A stretch of 64,000 nt of DNA from Candidatus Cloacimonadota bacterium (GCA_963676615.1 OY781092.1:896001-960000); one strand, 5' to 3'. Positions 52,724-62,888 are shown, numbered from the stretch's first letter. Translations and numbers: made by a program. The notes: generated by a model from the sequence alone, not told the origin.

Positions 52724-52750
52724 TTGGCACTCACTTGGCTCGACTGCCAA
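52724..52750. promoter_or_regulatory. CIRCE-like HrcA operator upstream of htpG
   Basis: TTGGCACTC-N9-GACTGCCAA compared with consensus TTAGCACTC-N9-GAGTGCTAA. Confidence 0.72.
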
Positions 52751-52766
52751 AACCAAGATTTGTCAC

Positions 52767-52797
52767 AAAAGAAGTCCCCCACAATGTGAGAGACTTT
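52767..52797 (-). terminator. Terminator after ftcD
   Basis: AAGTCTCTCAC-ATT-GTGGGGGACTT-CTTTT on the minus strand. Confidence 0.6.
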
Positions 52798-52879
52798 CTT
52801 AGCTACTTATCCGACAGTTGATTACTCTGTCTTCTTCATACTTAATTTACCAAAATAGCGCCAACCTTTTTTGTTTTTT

Positions 52880-53728
52880 TCAATACTTTAATAGTTTTAC
52901 GCTCTCTTTTCCTAAACCAAGCACCTCATAATCTTCATCAGCCAGAGCGTCGCTGGGCAAAAGTCCAATAACTTCCGTCTCCAGCTTAATGCCAAGACCT
53001 GCTACAAATCTTGCGATTTCGTCGTAGATTTTTCGAGGAGAAGTTTTGCGATAATCGGTGAGGTTCATCGATACCTGCACCTTTTTTTGCTTCGGCAGAT
53101 ACAGCCCCAGAGCCTTCACTCCCACAAAACCGCCACTAGACTCCCGTATACGCCGCGCGATTTTTTTGGCAAGCGGCAACTCGGCGCCCAAAAGATTCAC
53201 ATTAAACGCAATGAGCAAATCTCGAGCAGAAATCGCCACAGCGCCTGCAGTTTTGTGCGGCATATCGCCCACAGTAAACTGGCAGCTATCTAGCCCCGCA
53301 AAGCCGTTTTTGCGGAAATTCGCCAGCACATTTTTTTCGTCGTTATAGTTGTAAAAAAGCGACGGCAAAGCAAACTCGCTCCACAAAACTGACGCTAGGT
53401 GCTGCGCAAACTCTTTTGCATCAAGCAAACTAGCGTTTTGCAGCGGAACAATCGGCAAAACATCAAGCGCCCCAACGCACGGATGCACGCCGCAATGGCT
53501 GCGCATATCGATATTTGCTATAGCTTTCCGCGCCAGATTTAGCAACGATTTTTCCAGCTGCGGCTTCGTCCCCACGAGCGTGAAAACCGAGCGATTATGA
53601 TCTGCATCCGCCGAAAAATCGAGCAACTGAGCTCCGCCAGAAACTATCGCTTCGGCAAAAATCTTTATCTTTGCAGCATCTTTCCCCTGTGAAAGATTTG
53701 GGACAGCCTCAAAAAGTTGTTCAGGCAT
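52880..53728 (-). CDS. ftcD: Glutamate formimidoyltransferase (stand-alone FT domain)
   Basis: VPNLSQG, DADHNRSVFT, HCGVHPCVGALDV, LIAFNVNL, IRESSGG, QVSMNL. Confidence 0.85.
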   Translation of the reverse strand: MPEQLFEAVPNLSQGKDAAKIKIFAEAIVSGGAQLLDFSADADHNRSVFTLVGTKPQLEKSLLNLARKAIANIDMRSHCGVHPCVGALDVLPIVPLQNASLLDAKEFAQHLASVLWSEFALPSLFYNYNDEKNVLANFRKNGFAGLDSCQFTVGDMPHKTAGAVAISARDLLIAFNVNLLGAELPLAKKIARRIRESSGGFVGVKALGLYLPKQKKVQVSMNLTDYRKTSPRKIYDEIARFVAGLGIKLETEVIGLLPSDALADEDYEVLGLGKESVKLLKY

Positions 53729-54941
53729 CTAACTTTGATTTCAGGCGCTTACCTATCTCCTGCAAAAACCCTTCGGCAGTAGCCACCTTTTTCGGCTTCG
53801 GCTGCGCAAAAATCGCCAGTTCTCCAGTCATTACTCCTGCCTCAATCGTTGCCACTGTTGCACTTTCCAGAGCTTTCGCAAATTTAACAAGCTCCGCATT
53901 TCCGTCCATTTCGCCCCTTTTCGCCAAAGCTCCGCTCCAAGCAAAAATCAAAGCCGTCGAATTGATCGAGACCTCTTCGCCCTGCAGATGCTTATAATAC
54001 AAATCTTGCACCGTTCCGTGCGCGGCGTCGTAAAGAAAATAGCCATACGGCGACACCAAAATCGAGCTCATCATCGCAAGAGATCCGTAGCTGGAAGCCA
54101 GCATATCGCTCATCACATCGCCGTCATAATTTTTGCAAGCCCACAAAAGACCGCCTTTACTCTGCATAATTTTGGCAATAGCCCCGTCGATCAAAAAATA
54201 GCGATACTCGATTCCCGCAGCGGCGAACTTTTGCTTGTATTCGTTTTCATATAAATCAGCAAAAACATCCATAAAATGGTGGTCGTAAACTTTAGAAATC
54301 GTGTCTTTGCTCGAAAACCAAAGGTCAACTTTTTGGTCGAGCGCATACTCGAAACAGCTTTTGGCAAAAGAGGTTATCGAGTTTGTCAGATTGTGCATCC
54401 CCTGCAAAACGCCCGTCGAGCTTCCATCAAATCGAGCGATCTCCTTCCTCGTCTGGTTGCCCGCATCGTCGGTAAAAACCAGCTCCGCTTTGCCAGGCTT
54501 GTCCACAAAAATCTCGGCGTTCTTATAAACATCGCCGTAAGCGTGCCGCCCAATGATAATCGGCTTCTGCCAGCTCCGCACAAACGGCTTCACATTTTTG
54601 ACGATAATCGGCTTGCGAAACACCGTGCCGTCCAAAATCGCACGAATCGTGCCGTTGGGGCTCTTCCACATTTTTTTCAAACCATACTCTTTTACCCGAG
54701 CGGCGTTCGGCGTAATCGTCGCATTTTTCACACCAACTTTGTGAATCTTCATCGCCTTTGCCGCGTCAAAAGTAACCTTATCGTCGGTGTCGTCCCGATT
54801 TTTCAGGTGCAAATCGTAATACTCCGTGTTCAAATCCACAAAAGGCTTAATCAAAATATCCTTTATCATCGGCCAAACCACGCGGGTCATCTCGTCGCCG
54901 TCCATCTCCACAATCGGATTTTGCATCACTATTTTTTTCAT
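53721..54941 (-). CDS. icd: NADP-dependent isocitrate dehydrogenase (type II)
   Basis: MDGDEMTR, ATITP, SPNGTIR, RHAYGD, NYDGD, AAHGTV. Confidence 0.96.
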   Translation of the reverse strand: MKKIVMQNPIVEMDGDEMTRVVWPMIKDILIKPFVDLNTEYYDLHLKNRDDTDDKVTFDAAKAMKIHKVGVKNATITPNAARVKEYGLKKMWKSPNGTIRAILDGTVFRKPIIVKNVKPFVRSWQKPIIIGRHAYGDVYKNAEIFVDKPGKAELVFTDDAGNQTRKEIARFDGSSTGVLQGMHNLTNSITSFAKSCFEYALDQKVDLWFSSKDTISKVYDHHFMDVFADLYENEYKQKFAAAGIEYRYFLIDGAIAKIMQSKGGLLWACKNYDGDVMSDMLASSYGSLAMMSSILVSPYGYFLYDAAHGTVQDLYYKHLQGEEVSINSTALIFAWSGALAKRGEMDGNAELVKFAKALESATVATIEAGVMTGELAIFAQPKPKKVATAEGFLQEIGKRLKSKLDA

Positions 54942-54977
54942 CGTTCAAAAAACTCCTTGTAATATTTTCATAAAAAA

Positions 54978-55904
54978 TTAAAAAGCCAGCCGAAACTCTA
55001 AGCCAGAAGTGTAGCCATAATCAGAATTAGCAGCTTGGTTTTGCTCATTACTGTCTTCGTCGTCATCGTCCGAGCCAGCACCCATTTGCCAAAAATAAAC
55101 TCCAAGCCATGGTTTGACAAAACAATCTTCCCAAAACTCGATTCTCGGACCAAACTCCATTCCAAATTTTATCAACACTCCCACTTTTGCCCAAGCAACC
55201 TCTCCACCTCCGCCGTAATCGAATTTTAGCCACGAAATTTCAGTAAAAGGCGAAGCTTTATCACAATAACTGGCAGAAAAAACCGCTCCCGTGTAGTTCG
55301 AGACCTCCTCGACAGAGTAATCTGGGCTAGTTTCGGTCGAAGTTGCCATTTTCTCAAGTCCCAAAATCTCAAAATTCGACAACCCTGCGCCAATCAGAAC
55401 TTCCTTAAAAATCCATTTCAGCTGCAATGTCGTATATTTCGTCTCCAAATTGAAAGTTTCTCCAATCTGCATCAATTTATTTTTGCGATAAAATCCTCGA
55501 TTCCACTCAACTACACCTTTCGCCCGAAACACAGCTTGATAAAAAACAACCTGCGGAATAGAACTTTCTGGAACTCCCCAAAAAATCTGCAAAAACGACA
55601 AACTATTCTCAAAATTGTTATGCTTTTCCCGCTGTGTCGGCACAAATCCGTCTGTCGAAAAAAGTTCAACCGCAATAGTGGACACCCAATTTGGGAAAAG
55701 CGACAACTCCAAAAAAGCTCTCGAAGAGTTTGAACTGATTTTATTGTCAACCAACGACCAGCCGTCGCTTCCAAAAAGCATAACATTATGCAACTCTGTC
55801 TGCTCCAACGAATATTCAAATTGAAAATACCGCCGCTTTTGCTCTTCGGAGTTTAAAAAACCAAAGACGCCAAAAAGCGAAATTAAAGCTAAAAATTTCC
55901 TCAT
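54978..55904 (-). CDS. Hypothetical exported protein, possible outer-membrane beta-barrel
   Basis: Signal-like N-terminus, aromatic-rich, C-terminal GLEFRLAF. Confidence 0.55.
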   Translation of the reverse strand: MRKFLALISLFGVFGFLNSEEQKRRYFQFEYSLEQTELHNVMLFGSDGWSLVDNKISSNSSRAFLELSLFPNWVSTIAVELFSTDGFVPTQREKHNNFENSLSFLQIFWGVPESSIPQVVFYQAVFRAKGVVEWNRGFYRKNKLMQIGETFNLETKYTTLQLKWIFKEVLIGAGLSNFEILGLEKMATSTETSPDYSVEEVSNYTGAVFSASYCDKASPFTEISWLKFDYGGGGEVAWAKVGVLIKFGMEFGPRIEFWEDCFVKPWLGVYFWQMGAGSDDDDEDSNEQNQAANSDYGYTSGLEFRLAF

Positions 55905-56338
55905 TCTCTTGAGAAACTCGGCGTAATCGTCAATTCATCGTCGTCGTTCAAAACAGCTTGAAAAACCTCGCCCGCTTTCAGCCAAATTTTTTTGCCATTC
56001 CAAAAATTGTCATCCTCTTCCTTCCAAAGAATGTAAACATAATCGTAGTTGTCATACTGCACATGCGAGCTCCAATCATAGACAAAAGTGCAAGAATCAC
56101 GCGAGCTAACGACCTTCGTCTGGGATACGACATCGTCCTCTCTGCGACTGCCACCAAAAAACTCTTTCTGCAAAAAAAACGAAATATCCTTACGCCGATT
56201 AAACCTCTCTATTCTCTGATTATGAACAACCAACTCTGCGGAGTGGGTATATTTATCGTCCTCAACAAAAAAAGGAAAATCGCAACCAGAAAAACACAGA
56301 AAAATCAGAAGAAAAAAGAACCGCTTAATCTGCTTCAT
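55901..56338 (-). CDS. Hypothetical lipoprotein
   Basis: Lipobox FSGC; ATGA-coupled to the next gene. Confidence 0.6.
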   Translation of the reverse strand: MKQIKRFFFLLIFLCFSGCDFPFFVEDDKYTHSAELVVHNQRIERFNRRKDISFFLQKEFFGGSRREDDVVSQTKVVSSRDSCTFVYDWSSHVQYDNYDYVYILWKEEDDNFWNGKKIWLKAGEVFQAVLNDDDELTITPSFSRE

Positions 56339-56347
56339 TATGCTAGT

Positions 56348-57655
56348 TTATTCAACTCCATACTGTATCAAATTTCTAAAATCTTTATCCGCTCTATAGT
56401 CGTAAAAATCGATATCGGTTTTTGCATTTTTCCGCACAAACTCAGCATCAACCTTAATAGCTTTTTTCAAATATCTTATCATTGATCTTTTCTGCTTTAG
56501 CCTTGAATAATAACAAGCGATATTATACAACGACACAATATTTTGGGGATCGATTTTCAAAACTTTAATATTGTATCTGTTAGCCTTTTTATACTCGCCC
56601 AATTCTGCATAACACGCCCCCATATTGTTCCAAATCGTGATGTTTTTTTCGGGCTTCAAGTCCAAATCCAAATATTTTTGAAAATACTCAAGCCCCAATT
56701 TAGGTCTAGCAGTAAAGAAATAAATATCGCCCATCATCGAGTAAACCTCGGGATAATAACTCTCATTTTTTGATTCGAGCACTTTATTAAAAAAGTAAAG
56801 GGCGTCATCAAATTTTGACAAATTATAGCAATATTTTCCCCAATAAAAATCTTGTCTTGCCTTAAAAGCGTCGATTTTTTTTGCTTTTGCCAAAGTTTTA
56901 TCGAAATTTACACTATCTTTTTCTATAAAATAAATGCCTCCAAAAGCTGTATAAGCGAGCAAGCTATCTTCTGCATTTTCTGCATATTTCAAAGATATTT
57001 CGGTCTCTTCCAAAGCTTTCTTGAACTCTTCCATAGCAAAATAAGCGTAGCCTATCATATGATAAGCTAAAAACTCTTTGGGATCTATGGCTTTGGCTTT
57101 CTCAAAATATTCCAGCGCACTTTTATAGGCTCCTAGAGAATAATAGTAAAATCCTATTTTGTAAAAAGGATAAAAACTGTCTTTGGCTTTCTTGGATGCA
57201 ACCTTCATCTCCTTAATGGCATTTTTTATGTAACCAAGCTCCGCCAAAACATCAGCCAAATAGATATTAACCTCCGCAGAACAGCTATCCTCTTTGCGCA
57301 ATTCAAGCAAAATCTCGGCACTATTCCCATATTCCCCAAGCAAAAAGTAAGATTTAGCCTCAAGAAGCTTTAAAAAACTCGGATTTATTTCTTCAAAATC
57401 TTCGTCATCCAAATCATCAATAACCGCTTTATAATCACCTTGATAATACTTGGCAACTATCAGCAAAACTTTGCCATACTCTCCATCTGGATTTAATTTT
57501 AAAGCTTCTCTAAACAGACTTTCTGCTTGGCTATACTCTCCCGTTTCAAACTTATCAATCCCTTGATTTATAAGCTCAATCACCGCAGGAGAGTTGCTGG
57601 CAAACAGAAGAAAAACTTGCAAGAAAAGCAACAAAAACAGCGATATTTTCTTCAT
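56348..57655 (-). CDS. Exported TPR-repeat protein
   Basis: Signal peptide, many TPR units, C-terminal YNIACYYS...AKTDIDF cap. Confidence 0.85.
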   Translation of the reverse strand: MKKISLFLLLFLQVFLLFASNSPAVIELINQGIDKFETGEYSQAESLFREALKLNPDGEYGKVLLIVAKYYQGDYKAVIDDLDDEDFEEINPSFLKLLEAKSYFLLGEYGNSAEILLELRKEDSCSAEVNIYLADVLAELGYIKNAIKEMKVASKKAKDSFYPFYKIGFYYYSLGAYKSALEYFEKAKAIDPKEFLAYHMIGYAYFAMEEFKKALEETEISLKYAENAEDSLLAYTAFGGIYFIEKDSVNFDKTLAKAKKIDAFKARQDFYWGKYCYNLSKFDDALYFFNKVLESKNESYYPEVYSMMGDIYFFTARPKLGLEYFQKYLDLDLKPEKNITIWNNMGACYAELGEYKKANRYNIKVLKIDPQNIVSLYNIACYYSRLKQKRSMIRYLKKAIKVDAEFVRKNAKTDIDFYDYRADKDFRNLIQYGVE

Positions 57656-57682
57656 AATTTCCACCCAATTTTATCTAACAAT

Positions 57683-58969
57683 CTAACTTTTCCTCTCGTC
57701 GAGCATCACCTCGATCATCGCCTTGTCCGCTGGATAAAGCCCCTTGTTGCTCACTTTCCCCAGATTATGAATGGTGTCCTCCAAAGTTTCAGCGATAATG
57801 CCGTCGCCCGCTTTGATAATCGTCTCTTTGGACGCAAAAAGCGCACTCGCCACCGAGAAATACGCCGCTGTCGAAAGTTTGAGCGCACAACCGTCTTTCG
57901 CGCCATCGCAAAGCATTCCCGCAACATTACCAAAAACATTTTTCACCGCACCTTCGATATGCTGGCGGCTTCCTCCCATAAGCCAAACCAAACCCGCAGA
58001 ACTCGACGCTCCAGCCGACACTCCGCACGAGCAAATCGGCGACAATCTGCCAATGCTGTTTTTAACATAAGCGTTCACCAGATGCGAAATAGCTATCGCT
58101 TTTGCCAAATTCTCGTCGGACGGATGATAAATTTTCGCATAAGCCACCAGCGGCATAATCGCTGTGATGCCATTGTTGCCGCTACCGTTGGAACTCATCA
58201 CCGGCACGCTCGCCCCCGACATCCTCACATCAGCCGCAGCCGCTGTATATTCCGAGGCAATCGTCGGCAAATGGTTGCCAATTCTGCCCTCTTCCACCAG
58301 CTCCTTAATCGTGTGTCCAACCGCCATTCCCATTCGCTGCGAAAGCCCAATCTTCGCCACCGACTCGTTCATCCGCGCACCATCCAGCATAAACAAAATC
58401 TCTTCAGCAGGAATTTGCTCGATCACCTTAATCAAATCGTAAACATCCTCCTCAAAAATCTTGGCAAATTTATTGGCGCCGCTCTGGTTATTTCCGCTGG
58501 ATTTTTGCAAAATCGTCAAATCGTCCACAGGACCGTAATCGGTAAAATTGTCGTGCAAATCTTGAATCGTCGCCTGCAAATTTTTGCCGCCAGCGCTAAC
58601 AATCACCTGAATATAAACCTTCTTGTCCGTATCGGCGATGCTCACCTTTATCTTCGGCAGCGAACTTTTCAGCTCTGGAATTTTCGCATCGTCCACATTT
58701 CGCAGCACCTGAAGCCCCGCTTCTGCATCTCCTTGCCAAAATCCCAAAAGCCCCGCAACATCCAATCCAGTAAAACTTGTGTGCGGAATGCCCACGGCAA
58801 GACCGTTTTTGAAAATGTTCGCACTCAAAATAATCTGCATCTGCTCAAAATCGTCAGAATCGCAAAATTCTCGCACCTTCGCCGCAGCCAAAGCCACCGC
58901 TATCGGCTCCGTGCACCCCATAGCTGGTTTTACCTCTTGTTTCAAAAGCTCCAAAATCAGATTTTTCAT
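57683..58969 (-). CDS. L-cysteine desulfidase / serine dehydratase alpha-like (YhaM/CyuA family)
   Basis: PAMGCTEPIAVA, DVRMSG, MSSNGSGN, LSPICSC, GMLCDGAK.GCALK. Confidence 0.9.
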   Translation of the reverse strand: MKNLILELLKQEVKPAMGCTEPIAVALAAAKVREFCDSDDFEQMQIILSANIFKNGLAVGIPHTSFTGLDVAGLLGFWQGDAEAGLQVLRNVDDAKIPELKSSLPKIKVSIADTDKKVYIQVIVSAGGKNLQATIQDLHDNFTDYGPVDDLTILQKSSGNNQSGANKFAKIFEEDVYDLIKVIEQIPAEEILFMLDGARMNESVAKIGLSQRMGMAVGHTIKELVEEGRIGNHLPTIASEYTAAAADVRMSGASVPVMSSNGSGNNGITAIMPLVAYAKIYHPSDENLAKAIAISHLVNAYVKNSIGRLSPICSCGVSAGASSSAGLVWLMGGSRQHIEGAVKNVFGNVAGMLCDGAKDGCALKLSTAAYFSVASALFASKETIIKAGDGIIAETLEDTIHNLGKVSNKGLYPADKAMIEVMLDERKS

Positions 58970-58998
58970 CTTCTTACCTCCTCAATAATTACCTTCGT

Positions 58999-59451
58999 TC
59001 ACAACGACAACAAATAACCAATCACGCTCGCCACATAAAAACTAAGCCCTACCACCAAACTGACCAGCGCAAGGCGATATTTAAAAGTCCGTGAGTCGCG
59101 TCTTCTAAAATAGATCGAAAAAACTTCGTCCATTTCCAAACAGCCAGGATTGTTCATCCATTTGGGATAAATCGGTCCCAAAAGCAAAAAAAGAACCGAC
59201 AAAATCACAAAAATGAGCCCGATGGCAATCGTCACCCGAGCAAAAGCGCTCGATGCCGCAATCCGTGGACCAGAAAATCCCGTAATCGTCAAACTGATCG
59301 TCGCCAAACCCACGATGCTCTGCGAATAGCTGTAAATCGCCTGAAAATCAGCTTTTAGCATTTTGTAAATTTTGTGATAAAATGGATCGTCCAAAACATC
59401 CCGCAAAAAATCCATCTCTTTTTGCGACGAGCAGTCTTTGCTTTTCATCAT
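58999..59451 (-). CDS. Hypothetical 3-TM membrane protein
   Basis: LTITGFSGPRIA segment, hydrophobic helices; ATGA overlap with the aconitase stop. Confidence 0.7.
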   Translation of the reverse strand: MMKSKDCSSQKEMDFLRDVLDDPFYHKIYKMLKADFQAIYSYSQSIVGLATISLTITGFSGPRIAASSAFARVTIAIGLIFVILSVLFLLLGPIYPKWMNNPGCLEMDEVFSIYFRRRDSRTFKYRLALVSLVVGLSFYVASVIGYLLSL

Positions 59452-61358
59452 TTTTTCGACTTCACCCAAGCCAATTTTCCACCAGCTTTCAAAATCTCGG
59501 CATCCAATTCCGACAGCGCGTGAGCCAGCTCTATTTTTGCCTTTCCTGCCTGCAAATAGATTTTTTTTGCCGAAAGATCGTCGATCTGGACAGAAATTTC
59601 TTCGCCTTGTTTCAATTTGTCGTAATCGCTTGAGTTTGCAAAAGTTAGCGGAACAATCCCAAAGTTGATAAGATTGGCGAGATGGATGCGCGCAAAACTT
59701 TTGGCAATCACCGCTTTCACACCCAAAAATTTCGGCGCCAACGCCGCATGCTCTCGGCTTGAGCCTTGACCATAATTTTCGCCAGCCAAGATAAATCCGC
59801 CATTTTCCGCCAAAGCTCTGGCGGCAAAACTCTCGTCCACCACCTCGAAAACATGCTTGGAAATCTCAGGGATATTCGAACGAAGCGGCAAAATTTTTGC
59901 GCCAGCGGGCATAATGTGGTCGGTGGTGATGTTGTCCTCAAGCTTGAGCAAAATCTTCCCTTGCAAAACATCGGGAAGCGCCGTAAATTCGGGCAAAGCA
60001 ACAATGTTCGGTCCTCGCAAAATCTGCACATTCTTGCCATTTTGCGGCGGAATTATCATATTGTCGTTGATTTTGAACTTTTTGGGCAAACTAAACTGCG
60101 GGTAGTCCATTTGCAAAGTTCGTGGATCGGTGAATTTGCCTGCCAGCGCCGTCGCTACTGCTGTTTCTGGCGAAACAAGGTAAACGGCAGCATCTTTCGT
60201 GCCGCTTCTGCCAAAAAAGTTGCGATTGTATGTCCGCACACTCACTGCCGAACTCGAGGGAGCTGCACCCATTCCAATGCACGCCCCACAAGCGTTCTCC
60301 ATAATTCTTGCGCCACTGCGAACTATCTGCGAAAATTTCCTCTCGTCAATCAAATGGTCTAGCACCTGCCGACTTCCCGGGTTTATCACCAGATGTAATT
60401 CTGGGCTAATCGTCTGCCCAGCCAGCACATCTGCCACCACAGACAAATCCCGCAGCGACGAGTTGGTGCAAGAGCCGATGCCCACTTGCTGCACGCTCAT
60501 TCCCGCAAGCTCACGCACCGTCTTGACAATGCCAGGGCTGTGCGGACAAGCCGCAAGCGGTTCAAGCTCGTCCAACTGAATGCTCAAAATTTTATCGTAG
60601 TGCACATCCGCATCGGGCAAAAGCTCGCACCACTGCTCACCTCTGCCTTGCGCCTGCAAAAACTCTTTCGTCAGCTCATCCGACGGAAAAATCGAAGTGG
60701 TGCACCCCGTTTCTGTGCCCATATTCGTAATTGTCGCCCTGTCTGGCACGCTCAGATTTTTCACTCCATCGCCAAAATATTCGATGATATAGCCAACACC
60801 GCCTTTCACATCAATCTGGCGAAGCACCTCCAAAATCACATCTTTGGCACTCACCCAATCGGGCAGCTTTCCCTTCAGCTCAACACCCATAATTTTTGGA
60901 TATTTGATGTTAAAGCTTTGCCCAGCCATCGCCATAGCTACATCCAGACCGCCTGCACCCATAGCCAGCGAACCCACTCCGCCAGCTGTTGGCGTGTGCG
61001 AATCCGAACCAATCAGCGTTTTCCCAGGAGCAGCAAACCTCTCCAAATGCACTTGGTGGCAAATTCCGTTGCCGGGACGAGAAAAATACAGCCCATACTT
61101 AGCGGCGACCGACTGCAAATATCGATGATCGTCGGCGTTGCGAAAATCGGACTGAATAGTGTTGTGATCGACATAGCTCACCGACAACTCCGTCTGCACC
61201 CGTGGCACACCCATAGCCTCAAACTGCAAATACGCCGCCGTCCCCGTGGCGTCCTGCGTCAGCGTCTGGTCGATCCGCAAAGCGACCTCTTGCCCAATCT
61301 CCTGCTTTCCCTGTAAAATATGCTCTCTGATAATTTTTTGCGCAATACTCAAACCCAT
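59448..61358 (-). CDS. acn: Aconitate hydratase (short type)
   Basis: DQTLTQDATGT, DHN, GICHQVH, GSDSHT, GSCTNSS, CGACIG, YGQGSSREHA. Confidence 0.93.
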   Translation of the reverse strand: MGLSIAQKIIREHILQGKQEIGQEVALRIDQTLTQDATGTAAYLQFEAMGVPRVQTELSVSYVDHNTIQSDFRNADDHRYLQSVAAKYGLYFSRPGNGICHQVHLERFAAPGKTLIGSDSHTPTAGGVGSLAMGAGGLDVAMAMAGQSFNIKYPKIMGVELKGKLPDWVSAKDVILEVLRQIDVKGGVGYIIEYFGDGVKNLSVPDRATITNMGTETGCTTSIFPSDELTKEFLQAQGRGEQWCELLPDADVHYDKILSIQLDELEPLAACPHSPGIVKTVRELAGMSVQQVGIGSCTNSSLRDLSVVADVLAGQTISPELHLVINPGSRQVLDHLIDERKFSQIVRSGARIMENACGACIGMGAAPSSSAVSVRTYNRNFFGRSGTKDAAVYLVSPETAVATALAGKFTDPRTLQMDYPQFSLPKKFKINDNMIIPPQNGKNVQILRGPNIVALPEFTALPDVLQGKILLKLEDNITTDHIMPAGAKILPLRSNIPEISKHVFEVVDESFAARALAENGGFILAGENYGQGSSREHAALAPKFLGVKAVIAKSFARIHLANLINFGIVPLTFANSSDYDKLKQGEEISVQIDDLSAKKIYLQAGKAKIELAHALSELDAEILKAGGKLAWVKSKK

Positions 61359-61564
61359 TATATTCTCCTGATAAAAAAACTCAAAATTTTCCTTAACCCT
61401 TAGGTGGACAGTCTCTTTTTATTTTGATTTTTGGCAAGTAATTTAAAACTGAAAAATTGCACGATTTCGTCCTGCGAAGCAGATTTTCTCCTTATTTATT
61501 TTGGACAGCGACTTTGCAACAAAGCGAAAACTACGACACTTTCAGCGTGACTCTCTTTTTATTA

Positions 61565-62880
61565 GGCACTGTCCAAAAAAGTGTGTCTGCAGCAAAAAAA
61601 ACTAGACACAAAAAAAGAATCTCCAATTTTTATAAAAAAAAGAACAAAAAAGGAGATTCTTATGCGATTTAACGCAAGTCAACTACAAAAAATTTTAGAC
61701 GAAAATGTCAATGATTATGGCGCGAATAAATTGATCGAGTTCGTTTTTAACAGCCTTATGAAGCTGGAAAGACAGGCTTTTATGGCGGAAAACAAAAGCT
61801 CAAACAACAAAGGCAACGGCTATCGCAGCAGGTGTTTTTCATCTCTCAGCGGCAAAATTCAATTCAAAATTCCGCGCGACAGATTCGGTCAATTTTATCC
61901 ATTTATCTTGGAAATTTTGAAAAAGCAGGAGCAAGAAGTACGAGAATTGGCGTTTCAGCTGTATGCTAAAGGCTTGTCTACCAGAGACATAGAGAATGTT
62001 TTCGCAAATGTTTTTGGCACGAATTACAAAAAATCGACCATCAGCAATATCAGCCAAGAATTCAAAGAATTGTTGACAAATTGGCGAAATAGGCCGCTAG
62101 AAAAAAACTATCCGATTATTATGATTGACGCCATACATTCCAAATTGAGGCGGCTCGACAGTGTTGAAACTGAGGCGTTTTGCGTGGTTATCGGCGTCCG
62201 AGAGGACAAAAGTCGGGACATTTTGGCGCTCGAAAATATCCCGACCGAGAGCGCTGCTGGCTGGGAATTCTTGTTTAATCGCCTAAAATCGCGAGGCTTG
62301 CAAACGACAAAATTGGTCGTGGCTGACGGCCTTGTTGGGCTGGAAAATGTGGTGAGCAAAGTTTTTAAAAATGCGAAATTTCAAAAGTGTGTAACTCACT
62401 TTAAAAGAAGTCTATTAGCTAAGGTCAGGAATAGTGATAAAAGCGAAATTAGCGACGATTTGAAGGAAATTTTTTGCGTCGGACAAGAACGCTATACGAA
62501 AGAAATTGCTTTGAAAAATTTGGATAATTTTGCGAAAAAATGGGGAGATAAGTATCGATTTACCAAGAAGTTATTAAACAGAGACGATGTCGTTTATTAT
62601 TTCACTTTTTTGGAGTTTGACCACAGAATTCAGCGGCTGATTTACACCACAAATTGGATCGAAAATTTGAATAAACAGTTTCGGAAAGTTTTGAAAATCA
62701 GGAACTCGATGCCCAGCGATGAGTCTGTGCTACTGCTGCTGAGCAAGGTCGCGATGGACAAGGTCGATAAATATCTGAATTATCCGATTTATCAATTTAA
62801 ATTTGACAAAATTTTGTTCCCAGAAAGTTAAGAAAATGGAAACCAAATTGGAGATTAGACACACTTTTTTGGACGGTGCC
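61565..62880 (+). mobile_element. IS256-family insertion sequence, intact, 1316 bp
   Basis: 24-bp TIRs GGCACTGTCCAAAAAAGTGTGTCT / AGACACACTTTTTTGGACGGTGCC (1 mismatch); 8-bp target duplication TTTTATTA at 61557-61564 and 62881-62888. Confidence 0.95.
61662..62831 (+). CDS. IS256/Mutator-family DDE transposase
   Basis: NGYR, IPRDR, LYAKGLSTRDI, IDA, ADG, CVTH, YTTNWIE; AGGAG RBS before ATG 61662. Confidence 0.95.
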   Translation: MRFNASQLQKILDENVNDYGANKLIEFVFNSLMKLERQAFMAENKSSNNKGNGYRSRCFSSLSGKIQFKIPRDRFGQFYPFILEILKKQEQEVRELAFQLYAKGLSTRDIENVFANVFGTNYKKSTISNISQEFKELLTNWRNRPLEKNYPIIMIDAIHSKLRRLDSVETEAFCVVIGVREDKSRDILALENIPTESAAGWEFLFNRLKSRGLQTTKLVVADGLVGLENVVSKVFKNAKFQKCVTHFKRSLLAKVRNSDKSEISDDLKEIFCVGQERYTKEIALKNLDNFAKKWGDKYRFTKKLLNRDDVVYYFTFLEFDHRIQRLIYTTNWIENLNKQFRKVLKIRNSMPSDESVLLLLSKVAMDKVDKYLNYPIYQFKFDKILFPES

Positions 62881-62888
62881 TTTTATTA

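Noticed and set aside
52822..52839. Tiny minus-strand ORF MKKTE before the hairpin upstream of htpG
   Set aside because: No RBS, no biased codons and no alternative pairing seen; the hairpin reads simply as the ftcD terminator.
61581..61661. N-terminal extension of the IS256 transposase (similar extensions in tig, htpG, rpoD)
   Set aside because: A downstream ATG has a strong RBS; the transposase extension begins within the terminal inverted repeat.
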